The position numbers were made by a program, and so were the translations under genes. Source: a virus. Taken from it: 64,000 nucleotides of DNA. Position 1 is the stretch's first letter. Each line of letters opens with the position of its first letter. The notes below the pieces were generated by a model. It had not been told where the DNA came from, did no database searches, and saw nothing but the letters and a program-made list of their open reading frames with translations. Shown here one piece after another: positions 29,482 to 39,525 of this stretch. The stretch lies in the IMG/VR virus record IMGVR_UViG_3300010354_015978, positions 1 through 64,000 of that record. One strand, written 5' to 3'.

Positions 29482-30640
29482 CCTTGTAGTGGACACAATG
29501 AGTGAGGTTCATGGGCTACTCACGCCCTGGATCACACACGAATTCTGGAACTTCCAAGATCATGACATGATACCCGACAGCGTGTATGTGATTGGACGCC
29601 GGCAGTTCACTGAAAACTACGAACGCATACGTGACTTGGCACAGGATTCTAGATATACCATAGTGTTTGACAACGCCGCGGAAGGCAGCACCACGTTGGT
29701 AGCTCAATTGAGTGTGCTGCGCCTGCAAGAGTTGGTGTTGCAGGGGCGCATCTTGTTGATATCGGGCGGGGCGCTGCCACCGCAGTACCCGCACATCGTG
29801 TACGATCATTTCCTGTGCGAGATCACCAACTACGAAGAAAACATTACGGCCAGTCGGCGCATTGAAGAAATATTCAACTGGTACAAGAAACCCTACGATT
29901 TTCTTTTCCTCAACGGTCGCGCACGACCACACCGCAAGTATCTCTGGCAAAGACTCCAGCAGGAAAAGTTATTGGACCGGGCTCTCTGGACCATGCTGGA
30001 CAGCAGACCGGCAGTGGGAGCTGACTTCTCGCTACCCGGTGGCGCCTGGCGAGATCGCATGGCCGAACACACCACCATTAGGACTTTGCCTTACCGATAT
30101 GAATATCCTGAATGGCGCAACAGCGTGATCGTTCATGGTCCTGGGGGCGGCGGCTTTATCAAAAATCAGTTGTTCAACAACAAATGGGGCGAGATATATC
30201 TGCAGTCTGAAGCCTACATCGACACCTACTTCAGCCTGGTGACTGAAACTGTGTACGAGACGCACCAGAGCTTCCGCACGGAAAAAATAGCCAAACCCCT
30301 GCTGCAGGGCCATCCCTGGATCTGTGCCACGAATGCAGGTTTTTATCGCGACATGCATGACCTGGGATTCCGCACATTTCACGATCTCATTGATGAAAGT
30401 TTTGACACAATCGATCATCATCAGACACGCATGGATCGCATCTTGGATGTGGTACGAGATCTAGTGAAACAGGACCTCAACAAGTTCATCCTGGAGGCTC
30501 GGGACACATGCATATATAATCAGCAGCATCTACTGGAACTGGTACCGGATCTGCGCCAGCGATTCCCACAGCAATTTTTTAGGTTTGTCAATGAAAGACT
30601 TGGACTTCCGCAAACAAGTATTGGACACTATCAGCCCTAG
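29465..30640 (+). CDS. Putative glycosyltransferase-like protein (EKxxxP family)
   Basis: LNGRARPHR, SLVTET...FRTEKIAKPLLQGHP...LGFRTF..LIDESFD. The start codon is uncertain. Confidence 0.5.
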   Translation: MPEKLNLVVDTMSEVHGLLTPWITHEFWNFQDHDMIPDSVYVIGRRQFTENYERIRDLAQDSRYTIVFDNAAEGSTTLVAQLSVLRLQELVLQGRILLISGGALPPQYPHIVYDHFLCEITNYEENITASRRIEEIFNWYKKPYDFLFLNGRARPHRKYLWQRLQQEKLLDRALWTMLDSRPAVGADFSLPGGAWRDRMAEHTTIRTLPYRYEYPEWRNSVIVHGPGGGGFIKNQLFNNKWGEIYLQSEAYIDTYFSLVTETVYETHQSFRTEKIAKPLLQGHPWICATNAGFYRDMHDLGFRTFHDLIDESFDTIDHHQTRMDRILDVVRDLVKQDLNKFILEARDTCIYNQQHLLELVPDLRQRFPQQFFRFVNERLGLPQTSIGHYQP

Positions 30641-31928
30641 TTTTTGTGGGGCCAAATGGTTCAATGCCACCATATGGCTGGGATCAGGCCAGACCACCAG
30701 TTGCCATCATCCCCCGGCACATGCCATTGATGTCACGGCCCTGGCTACCAACCCCAGTGCCATACACAACACTCCGCAAAAGAAACAAGATCGCGCGCAG
30801 ATGCAGCGTGGAGAACGTCCCGCAGGCTGTGAATACTGCTGGAAGATTGAGGACATGGGACGCGATGCTGTGTCGGATCGTGTGTACAAAAGCAAAATTT
30901 ATCCCATCCAGGATCTTCGCGAGGTGGCCGCGTCTGACCCCAACGCTGATGTCAATCTCAAGACCTTGGAAATCAGTTTTGATCGCACCTGCCAGTTCGC
31001 ATGTAGTTACTGCAATCCTGCCTTTAGTTCTAGTTGGGTGCGCGACATACGTCGTAACGGTGCCTATCAAGGTCTTGTCAGTGACGGGCGCAACCACTTC
31101 ACGCACGAACATGCCAGCAGTCAGCTTTACGGTATCAACGATGCCAACCCCTATGCTGATGCTTTCTTCCGCTGGTGGGAATCGGATCTGCACCAGACAT
31201 TAGACGAACTCAGGATCACGGGAGGCGAGCCCCTGATGTCGGGTTATACCTGGCGGCTCATTGACTGGTTCAAGTCCAATCGTGGCCGCAGCCGCACACG
31301 TCTGGCCATCAACAGCAACCTGGGATTTGACGCTGTACGCGCCGCAGAGTTCATCCATGCGGTGCGCGACATCCCCCACATCGAGATCTATACCAGCAAC
31401 GAAAGCACTGGTGCAAGAGCGGAATATATCCGAGATGGTCTGCACTGGGGCCAGTGGCTGCGCAATGTCAACACGCTGCTGGAACATGATCATATCCGTG
31501 CTGTCCATAGCATGTGCACCATATCGGCACTGTGTGTGCTGGATCTCCCCAACTATCTTGAAGAACTGGTTAGACTCAAACAAAGATTCGGGCGAGATCG
31601 CGTGAACTTCACTTTGAACATCTTGCGCTTCCCTAGTTTCCAATCACCCCTGGTGCTGCCCGATGATGCAAGATCCAGTGCGCGTGATGGTCTGGCTGAG
31701 TTCATGGTCAGGCACAAGGGACAGAGTTATTTGCATGAGCATGAGTGGCACCACATGCAGCGCCTGGTAGACTATCTTGATGTGGTAAAGACGCCACACA
31801 GCGAGGCGTTTGATCTCCCGCGGCTGCGTCACGACTTTGGCCGGTTTTTCCAGCAATATGATCAACGACGAGGCAAAAATTTTGCAGAAACTTTTCCAGG
31901 ATTAGCAACATGGTACCAGTCTCTTTAA
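30591..31928 (+). CDS. Radical SAM protein with N-terminal twitch-like domain (2)
   Basis: CQFACSYC, TGGEPL; CGAKW..SCHH..CEYCW. Confidence 0.9.
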   Translation: MKDLDFRKQVLDTISPSFCGAKWFNATIWLGSGQTTSCHHPPAHAIDVTALATNPSAIHNTPQKKQDRAQMQRGERPAGCEYCWKIEDMGRDAVSDRVYKSKIYPIQDLREVAASDPNADVNLKTLEISFDRTCQFACSYCNPAFSSSWVRDIRRNGAYQGLVSDGRNHFTHEHASSQLYGINDANPYADAFFRWWESDLHQTLDELRITGGEPLMSGYTWRLIDWFKSNRGRSRTRLAINSNLGFDAVRAAEFIHAVRDIPHIEIYTSNESTGARAEYIRDGLHWGQWLRNVNTLLEHDHIRAVHSMCTISALCVLDLPNYLEELVRLKQRFGRDRVNFTLNILRFPSFQSPLVLPDDARSSARDGLAEFMVRHKGQSYLHEHEWHHMQRLVDYLDVVKTPHSEAFDLPRLRHDFGRFFQQYDQRRGKNFAETFPGLATWYQSL

Positions 31929-33622
31929 CCGCAGCACAGCAGCAGCTCGCGCAACAATTTGAAGTGTTGAGCGTGGTGGATCTAGACCAATGGCATACCA
32001 TGGACTATGAAACAGCACAACAATGGCTGTTATCACAATGTGAATCCTTGCACCGGGCCCAATACCAGGACAATCAACGGCTGGTGTTCCAGTTGACCCA
32101 GGGTGACTACTATGTGGCAGATAGCCGCGTGGGACTGATCCTGAGGAATTTACAAATCGTGTTGAATGAAGTTGACATCAGCAACTTTTTTGTTGTGTTC
32201 ATGAGTCCCAACCCCAACCTCATGGCAGAACTAGACATTATCCGACGTATCAGCAGCGACTCAGTACCCATTACTGGTGTCAGCGTGCAAGGTGAATGGA
32301 ACACTATAAGCCTGGCCCAGCACCCTGTGAGTCGCAAAGAAATATACCAGTATGGATCTTTGAATCCGGTCAAGATAGATCTCAATCAACTCAGTGAACA
32401 CGAAAACTTCTTGCTGACCCAATCCAAAGTTTTTTGCATATATCCATGGACTCACATACATGCATGGCCCACTGGGCAGGCTTTTCCTTGCTGCATGAGC
32501 GAACCCGCGGGACAAATTGGTGATACCAAGCAACAAACCCTTCGTGAAATCTGGAATGGTCCTAGCATGAGACAGTTGCGGCTGAACATGACCAGTGAAC
32601 GTCCCAGTGATGCCTGTACCAGATGCTATGAACAAGAGCAGGCAGGATTTTTTAGTGGCAGACTCAGCGCCAACAAACATCACGGACATCATGTGGACCG
32701 TGTGTTGGAGACACAAGCGGACGGCACCTTGGATCGATTTGAGATGACCTATTGGGACATTCGCTTCAGTAATCTGTGCAATCTACGCTGCCGTAGTTGC
32801 GGACACATATTCAGCAGCAACTGGTATCAGGATCAAGCTCGTCTTGCGGGACCCGAATGGAAGCGTGACAATCTACCCCTGAAGTACGCAGGTCGTCACG
32901 AGCTGGACATGTGGGAACAGTTGGAACCGCACCTGGACTATGTTGAACAGATCTACTTTGCTGGTGGCGAGCCCTTGCTCATGGAAGAACACTACCGCAT
33001 CCTGGAAGAACTAGTGCGGCGAGAGAAGTTCGATGTGCGCTTGATCTACAATACCAACTTCACACAGACCTATCTCAAGAACCGATCGGTATTTGAATAC
33101 TGGCGACAGTTCCGCAGCGTGGCCGTGGGAGCCAGCCTGGATGCGTCAGGCGACAGGGCCGAGTACATCCGCAAGGGCACAGACTGGGCACAGGTGGTGG
33201 AGAATCGCAGAGAGATGCTGCGGGTATGCCCCGAAGTGGACTTCTACATTTCACCCACGCTCAGCATCATGAACGCCTGGCACCTACCCGACTTCCATCG
33301 CGAGTGGGTGGATCTGGGCTTTATACGTCCACAGGATCTCAACGTCAACATCCTGCAAGACCCCCGACACTATCGTATAGATGTAGCCACAGCCGCTTAC
33401 AAAGAGAAACTGGAGCAGAGATTCCAGGATCATCTGGCATGGCTGCGTCCACAGGATCCATTGCAGCGCGCCACAGCGGGATTTGAAAGCGCCATCAAGT
33501 TCATGTGGGCCCAAGACAACACGCATCTATTGGATCAGTTCTGGGTGCGCACACGCCAATTGGACAGCATACGAGGAGAGCGCGTGTTGGCCTGGTTGCC
33601 GGAACTGGCGGAACTGGAATGA
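31910..33622 (+). CDS. Radical SAM/twitch protein with an extra N-terminal domain (3)
   Basis: CNLRCRSC, AGGEPL; CIYPW..PCC..CTRCY; about 170-aa N-terminal extension. Confidence 0.9.
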   Translation: MVPVSLTAAQQQLAQQFEVLSVVDLDQWHTMDYETAQQWLLSQCESLHRAQYQDNQRLVFQLTQGDYYVADSRVGLILRNLQIVLNEVDISNFFVVFMSPNPNLMAELDIIRRISSDSVPITGVSVQGEWNTISLAQHPVSRKEIYQYGSLNPVKIDLNQLSEHENFLLTQSKVFCIYPWTHIHAWPTGQAFPCCMSEPAGQIGDTKQQTLREIWNGPSMRQLRLNMTSERPSDACTRCYEQEQAGFFSGRLSANKHHGHHVDRVLETQADGTLDRFEMTYWDIRFSNLCNLRCRSCGHIFSSNWYQDQARLAGPEWKRDNLPLKYAGRHELDMWEQLEPHLDYVEQIYFAGGEPLLMEEHYRILEELVRREKFDVRLIYNTNFTQTYLKNRSVFEYWRQFRSVAVGASLDASGDRAEYIRKGTDWAQVVENRREMLRVCPEVDFYISPTLSIMNAWHLPDFHREWVDLGFIRPQDLNVNILQDPRHYRIDVATAAYKEKLEQRFQDHLAWLRPQDPLQRATAGFESAIKFMWAQDNTHLLDQFWVRTRQLDSIRGERVLAWLPELAELE

Positions 33623-34830
33623 CTCTGCCTACACCCACATTCTGTGTGTTGCCATGGGTGAGTCTGGAGACGTCGCCCATTGGTACCGTGCGTCCCTGCT
33701 GCCTGGCCGAAGATGAGATCCGCGATGCCGCGGGCAACAAGTTCCATCTCACCACGGCCAGTCTACGTGACATACGTGACAGTGAATACATGCGTGACCT
33801 GCGCAGTAAGTTCCTGGAGGGTCAGCGTCCTGATACATGCCGCAAGTGCTGGCGCGAGGAGAACTCCGGGCGCACCAGCAAGCGCATGCACACCCTGGAT
33901 CGTCTCAAGCATCTGATCCAGGATCAGCCTTGGACGCAGGATGCGCGACCCTTGTTGTTCCTGGATCTCAAACTGGGCAACATCTGCAATCTCAAGTGCA
34001 GGATCTGCGGATCTTGGAGTTCCAGCACATTTGCAGCGGAAGAATTATCGGCACTGCCACACAGTCAACGCCGGCAGAGTTATCACTACGACATGGTACG
34101 CCAGGGCGCCTGGCCCAGGACCAGCGATCACTTCTGGCAGGAACTGGACACAGTCACGCCGGACATACGCTACATCGAGTTCACGGGGGGTGAGCCCTTC
34201 ATGATCGATCAACACTTTGATCTCCTGCAGCGACTGGTGGATCAAGGCCGTGCAGCCAATATCGAGATACACTACAACACCAATGGCACCATATGGCCAC
34301 TGCGCGGACCCGACATATGGCAGCATTTCCGCTTGGTGGAGATAGCGTTCAGTATCGACGATGTGGGTGAGAGATTTGAATATCAACGCAGCAACGCGGT
34401 GTGGCAGGAAGTGGAGCAAAACATCCAACGCTTCCGCGAGCTGCGGGATCGGTGCAACAATATCCAACTGCAGGTATGCAGCACAGTCAATGTGTTTAAT
34501 GTGATGTATCTTGATGAACTGGCTCGCTGGAACCGGGCACAGGGCTTTGACTTTGTGTATTGGAACATGCTGCACGAAGCCTTCTACTTCAGCATCAGCA
34601 CCCTGCCTGACCAGGCCAAGACACGTGTGGTGGAAAGCCTGCGCCTGGGCGATGTGCCCCAACAGGATCGTGACGAGTTCCAGCGCATCGAAACCTTTAT
34701 GTTGTCGGGACCCAGCCTGGATGGCCACATACTGCGCGGCAAGATACGCGAACTGGATCAGCGCCGTGGGCAGGATCTAAGACGTGTGGCGCCCGAACTG
34801 GCCGAGGCCATCCATTATGACGGTCCCTGA
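33619..34830 (+). CDS. Radical SAM protein with N-terminal twitch-like domain (4)
   Basis: CNLKCRIC, TGGEPF; CVLPW..PCC..CRKCW; ATGA overlap with the upstream gene. Confidence 0.9.
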   Translation: MTLPTPTFCVLPWVSLETSPIGTVRPCCLAEDEIRDAAGNKFHLTTASLRDIRDSEYMRDLRSKFLEGQRPDTCRKCWREENSGRTSKRMHTLDRLKHLIQDQPWTQDARPLLFLDLKLGNICNLKCRICGSWSSSTFAAEELSALPHSQRRQSYHYDMVRQGAWPRTSDHFWQELDTVTPDIRYIEFTGGEPFMIDQHFDLLQRLVDQGRAANIEIHYNTNGTIWPLRGPDIWQHFRLVEIAFSIDDVGERFEYQRSNAVWQEVEQNIQRFRELRDRCNNIQLQVCSTVNVFNVMYLDELARWNRAQGFDFVYWNMLHEAFYFSISTLPDQAKTRVVESLRLGDVPQQDRDEFQRIETFMLSGPSLDGHILRGKIRELDQRRGQDLRRVAPELAEAIHYDGP

Positions 34831-36115
34831 ACGTCCCCCGGGCCTGTGCATGGCGCCCTGGACCCACACCTATGTGAGTCCCCAGACCGAGCGCAGGATG
34901 TGCTGCGCCAGCCGCGAGCCCGCGCAAAACTTCCGCCAGTACATAGACACACAGGCAGGGTCGGGTCAATACCAGCCCATGACCCTGGATCAGCACTGGA
35001 ACAGCGAGCACATGAAAAGCGTGCGTCGCAGGATGATGACGGGCGAGACCCTGCCAGAGTGCGAGGTGTGCAACCATCGCTTGCTCAATACCGCGGTGTA
35101 TCGCGATTACTTCTGGCACTTGTTTGGTGATCGCTACAGCGAGATCTGGCAGCGGACCACTGCTGATGGCGAGACCGACATGCTGCCCGTGAGCTGGGAC
35201 TACAGGTTCAGCAACCTCTGCAACTTCAAATGCAGGATGTGTGGCGACATGCTCAGCAGCGCCTGGGAGAGTGAACAGCGCCAGCATGGCATGGTCAACT
35301 GGAACGATGCCAAGAATCACTGGATGCTGCCAGAAGTGCGTAGTCGCATCACTGAGTTCCAAGATCGTGAAATCGAGCGTGAGTTTGCCGAGGCTGTGGA
35401 ACAACATCGTGTGCAAGAAGTATACTGGGTGGGAGGCGAACCGCTCATGTACGAGCAGCACTGGCGCTACATGCGCCGCATCATAGAACTGGGAGACGGC
35501 GATCGTGTCTATGCAAGGTATAATACTAATCTCAGTCGCGTTGATTATCGCGGCTGCAATCTCTATCGTGACATACTGGACCATGTCAGAGACTGGCAAA
35601 TATGCGCCAGCCTGGACGGGACTGGAAGAATCGGGGAGTATATTCGTACAGGGCTTGATTTTGACAGTTGGTGTCGCAACTTTGAACAAGGACTCCAGCA
35701 CCAGCGACACCCCCGACAGATGCGCATAGACTTTACCTTGACTTTACCGGGCCTGTTTGAGACCGATGCCATACAGAAATTGGCACAGGGATGGGGAGTT
35801 GATGTATTGGCCAAGGTCATGTTTGCTTTTTCACCTGACATCATACTGAGTCCCTTGGCGCTGCCACGTGCCCTGCTGAACCGCCAATTGGACCGCTGTT
35901 TGACCACAGCGCAGGGCGCCATGCGCGATGTCCTGATGCAGTTGCGTGAGCGCCCCACGTTCCAAGAGCAGTGGCCCGACACCTGGCAGCAGGCGCTGCG
36001 CCAGGGACGTGACCGCATAGAACATCTGGAACGCATACGCGGCGATACATATACTTTGCGCGACATCCTGTCGCAAGATCCCGAACTCGAGGCCTGGTAT
36101 GAAGCAATTAGATGA
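34817..36115 (+). CDS. Radical SAM protein with N-terminal twitch-like domain (5)
   Basis: CNFKCRMC, VGGEPL; CMAPW..MCC..CEVC. Confidence 0.9.
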   Translation: MTVPERPPGLCMAPWTHTYVSPQTERRMCCASREPAQNFRQYIDTQAGSGQYQPMTLDQHWNSEHMKSVRRRMMTGETLPECEVCNHRLLNTAVYRDYFWHLFGDRYSEIWQRTTADGETDMLPVSWDYRFSNLCNFKCRMCGDMLSSAWESEQRQHGMVNWNDAKNHWMLPEVRSRITEFQDREIEREFAEAVEQHRVQEVYWVGGEPLMYEQHWRYMRRIIELGDGDRVYARYNTNLSRVDYRGCNLYRDILDHVRDWQICASLDGTGRIGEYIRTGLDFDSWCRNFEQGLQHQRHPRQMRIDFTLTLPGLFETDAIQKLAQGWGVDVLAKVMFAFSPDIILSPLALPRALLNRQLDRCLTTAQGAMRDVLMQLRERPTFQEQWPDTWQQALRQGRDRIEHLERIRGDTYTLRDILSQDPELEAWYEAIR

Positions 36116-37160
36116 AATTCGCATAGAGCTGCATGCCTATGACTGGTATCCCGACGTCATGACAGTGTATGTGGATGTCTGGGACAACAGCCTAAGTCGC
36201 AAATGGTTGTCGGCACTTAATCATGCTCTGAAATCTGCACTGCATCTTGAAAAGAATTACTGTTTCATGGGCTGGCCCGATGCAGCACGCCATGGATGGT
36301 TCTTGTTGCAACAAATAAATCACAGCATCCGGGCCATCAATCACAGCGACGTCGGTTACAGCATCCAGGATCATTTCACCATGAATCAGCTGCTGGACGA
36401 CAGCGACAATCCTCGCCAGGAACGCATGAACGATCTGCATCGCTACTTTGAAGATCTGCAGGGGCATGCCGGCGCCATGAGTCAGTATTGGCAACGAGCC
36501 GATGATGTCACGCGCTGGCACATACGTCAACTCAACCTATTGTGTCATGAGTTTGAATCATGGGCTCTCAGTAATCGTCGCCGTCGTACAGCCCCCGAAT
36601 GGGTGAGACCCAGCCAACTCATGTGCTGGTTGCATTCGCCGCGATTTGAGCTGGAGCCCCAGGATCTTGAGCTGTTTGGTGTGGACACCATAGCGCGACC
36701 TCAGGGCGGTGTGTATGTGGGCGTGAACAAGGCCGTGGGCAAACATCATTGGGAAGTGTTCCGTGACGAGGGACGCGACAGCAGGATATCGGAACTAACC
36801 ACCACGGCACTACGCCCACAAACTCTGGCATCAGCAGACTTTGACATTGAGTGGGGCCAAGACACACGGGGGCAGCCCTGGATGCAGCAAGAGCTGGCAG
36901 ATTTCCGCCACTGGCTGACCACGAATGGGTTCGATCCCCAGGACCCCGGTCTCACCATTGGACACCCACAGGTGGGGCAAGTCAATCTCTTGCGCAGTTT
37001 CAAAACCAACGATGCCACGGAAATCATGAACCAGTTAGGACACTATCTTGACGTGGTCAGCATACATACCAGCACAGCCAGCGCATGGTACGACTACCAC
37101 TGGAGCGATGTGGGCTACGCTGCTCTACAGCAGCGAATATTATCAGGAAAAACATCATGA
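36099..37160 (+). CDS. Hypothetical protein
   Basis: 353-aa ORF overlapping both neighbours; no recognised motif. Confidence 0.7.
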   Translation: MKQLDEIRIELHAYDWYPDVMTVYVDVWDNSLSRKWLSALNHALKSALHLEKNYCFMGWPDAARHGWFLLQQINHSIRAINHSDVGYSIQDHFTMNQLLDDSDNPRQERMNDLHRYFEDLQGHAGAMSQYWQRADDVTRWHIRQLNLLCHEFESWALSNRRRRTAPEWVRPSQLMCWLHSPRFELEPQDLELFGVDTIARPQGGVYVGVNKAVGKHHWEVFRDEGRDSRISELTTTALRPQTLASADFDIEWGQDTRGQPWMQQELADFRHWLTTNGFDPQDPGLTIGHPQVGQVNLLRSFKTNDATEIMNQLGHYLDVVSIHTSTASAWYDYHWSDVGYAALQQRILSGKTS

Positions 37161-37258
37161 AATGGATAAAACGCATCATTGATCGCATACGATTGGAAAT
37201 CCGTTATCGTAAAAAACTGCGTGAACTGCGCAAAAGAGATCCCTTTATCTATAAATGA
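37157..37258 (+). CDS. Small basic 33-aa peptide upstream of the carbamoyltransferase
   Basis: MKWIKRIIDRIRLEIRYRKKLRELRKRDPFIYK; ATGA overlaps at both ends. Confidence 0.7.
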   Translation: MKWIKRIIDRIRLEIRYRKKLRELRKRDPFIYK

Positions 37259-38739
37259 AGCACTATCTAGGTATCAGTGCTGGATTCCATGATGCTGCTG
37301 CCGCAGTGGTGCGCGAGGACGGTGAGATCCTGTTCGCCGGACACAGCGAACGCTACAGCAAACGCAAGAATGATGCCCACATACACTCTGGGCTGATCAA
37401 AGATCTCGATGCCTGGCAGTACGATGTAGTGGCCTTTTATGAACGTCCCTGGCTGCACAATGTACAGCAGTGGGTGTCAGGGCAGCGTGAGTGGGGCGCC
37501 TGGACCGTGCAAGGTGCCCTGCGGCAACAACTGGGCGACTGGGTGGATCGCATACCCCGGCAGCGGGGTTACGGGCATCATCTCAGCCATGCCGCAGCGG
37601 GCTTCCAGACGTCGCCATTCCGTGAAGCCACAGTGGTGGTGATTGATGCCATAGGCGAACTGGACACCATCAGCATATACCGTGCCTGGTACGATCAGGC
37701 AGGCCGTGCGCAGTATCGCAGGCTGTGGCGCTCGGGATATCCACACAGCATTGGGCTGTTCTACAGCGCAGCCACTCAACGCTGCGGCCTGCGAGCCCAG
37801 GAAGAAGAATACATCACCATGGGCATGGCTGCCTATGGCACACCGCGCTGGCAACTGGACATGCGTCAGGCCTTGATCACGCATGATCATGATCGTGTGT
37901 TGTTCCGAGAAAACCTGCACACCGGTTGGCCACAGGATCTCCTGCGCGATGCCACAGCAGAGGACATAGCAGCCTCGGCGCAGCAGCTCACGCAAGACAT
38001 GGTCTTGGACATCATGCGCCTGGCTCGCACGATCACGGACAGCCGCAATCTAGTGTACATGGGCGGCGTGGCCCTGAACTGCGTGATCAACAGCCAGTTG
38101 GGACGCATCTGGGACGATGTCTGGATCATGCCCAACCCCGGTGACGCTGGATCAAGCCTGGGCGCAGCGGCCCTGGCACATGGTGGCCCCTTGCACTGGC
38201 GCACGGCATTCCTGGGGCACAGCATCGCAGGGGAATATCCGGTACGAGCCTTGCTGCATGAACTGGAGCAGGCCGGCATGGTGGGTGTGGCGTCAGGACG
38301 CGCGGAATTTGGACCCAGAGCCCTGGGCAATCGCAGCCTGCTAGCGGACCCACGTGGCCCAGATATCAAGGACAAGGTAAATGACATCAAAAGACGACAA
38401 CGATTCCGACCATTTGCGCCGGTCATTCTGGAAGAACATGTTCATGACTACTTTGCTATGCCTAGCGGCTGGAATCACAGTAGGTACATGCAGGTCGTCG
38501 CTGATTGCCGGCGTCCTGACCTATATCCTGCTATCTGTCATGTTGACAACACTAGTCGTGTACAGACTGTTGCGCAGGATGGATCTGGGATACGACGGCT
38601 GCTAGAGGCCTGGTATCAGCGCACCGGCTGTGCTATGCTGTTGAACACTTCCTTGAACATCCGAGGTGAGCCCATGGTCAATGACCGCGTGGATGCAGCC
38701 AGGTTCACGCGCCTATACGGGGTCAGGGTCCTGGGCTAG
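37255..38739 (+). CDS. Carbamoyltransferase (NodU/CmcH/TobZ family)
   Basis: GFHDAAAA, HHLSHA, DAIGE, GGVALNC, EFGPRALGNRS, RPFAP, LNTSLN. Confidence 0.95.
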   Translation: MKHYLGISAGFHDAAAAVVREDGEILFAGHSERYSKRKNDAHIHSGLIKDLDAWQYDVVAFYERPWLHNVQQWVSGQREWGAWTVQGALRQQLGDWVDRIPRQRGYGHHLSHAAAGFQTSPFREATVVVIDAIGELDTISIYRAWYDQAGRAQYRRLWRSGYPHSIGLFYSAATQRCGLRAQEEEYITMGMAAYGTPRWQLDMRQALITHDHDRVLFRENLHTGWPQDLLRDATAEDIAASAQQLTQDMVLDIMRLARTITDSRNLVYMGGVALNCVINSQLGRIWDDVWIMPNPGDAGSSLGAAALAHGGPLHWRTAFLGHSIAGEYPVRALLHELEQAGMVGVASGRAEFGPRALGNRSLLADPRGPDIKDKVNDIKRRQRFRPFAPVILEEHVHDYFAMPSGWNHSRYMQVVADCRRPDLYPAICHVDNTSRVQTVAQDGSGIRRLLEAWYQRTGCAMLLNTSLNIRGEPMVNDRVDAARFTRLYGVRVLG

Positions 38740-39525
38740 ACCTCGCGCACGCAGCGCCGGCAACAGGTGTTGACGCGTCCATGCCAAATTGGCCTCTATG
38801 GTGGGATGCTGGGTATGATCTAGTTGGCCCATGGACATGGCATAGTCTCCAATGGGCAGCACAGTGCGCATGAGATCGCCCACGCGCTGGCTCAAGGCGC
38901 CCGGTATCACTGCAAGATCTGGTGTGGGATCTTTCCAGCTCATGAACATCCATTCAAAGCCGCGGCTTTCTAGATAACCTGCCAGGGCCACGATGTTGAT
39001 CATGCTTTGTAATACCTGCGAGTCTGCATCGATTACTCGCTTGTAATGATTGCGCATCTGCACTATGGGATCTTTATCATCCCGGGCTACATCTCGCCAA
39101 TTTTCGATCTTGAGTGTGCTGAATCTATCATTGAATCTATATACCCCGTCTGTGACATCTCGATTTTGAATGGAAAGATATGCACGTCGCGTCCAGGGTT
39201 CTACCAAGGCTGTTTCGGCTATGACATCAGTGCGTGTCATGCCTGACCACATCACTATGACCAGGGTGTTGTGTGGTGATACCAAGGGGTTGTTTTCGCA
39301 CTCGTTGATGATGCTGTTGTATATGTGTTGGCAACCACCACCCGACAGCGACACATCTAAAACCCGCTGGAACCCCGCCAGGTCCCGTAGATAATAGGGC
39401 CAATTCACCACGTGTTTGTTGGCGTGGTTGTGTGTGAAACTGCACCCGCTGACCAAGAGGTGTGCATGGCGACTTTGGGTTTCGGCAGCCAGTGTGCGGG
39501 GAGGATCGCGGTGATAGTGTGTCAT
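38713..39525 (-). CDS. SGNH-like hypothetical protein
   Basis: VSGCSFT, VMWSG..R.D, C-terminal HPT. The start overlaps the upstream stop. Confidence 0.55.
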   Translation of the reverse strand: MTHYHRDPPRTLAAETQSRHAHLLVSGCSFTHNHANKHVVNWPYYLRDLAGFQRVLDVSLSGGGCQHIYNSIINECENNPLVSPHNTLVIVMWSGMTRTDVIAETALVEPWTRRAYLSIQNRDVTDGVYRFNDRFSTLKIENWRDVARDDKDPIVQMRNHYKRVIDADSQVLQSMINIVALAGYLESRGFEWMFMSWKDPTPDLAVIPGALSQRVGDLMRTVLPIGDYAMSMGQLDHTQHPTIEANLAWTRQHLLPALRARGLAQDPDPV

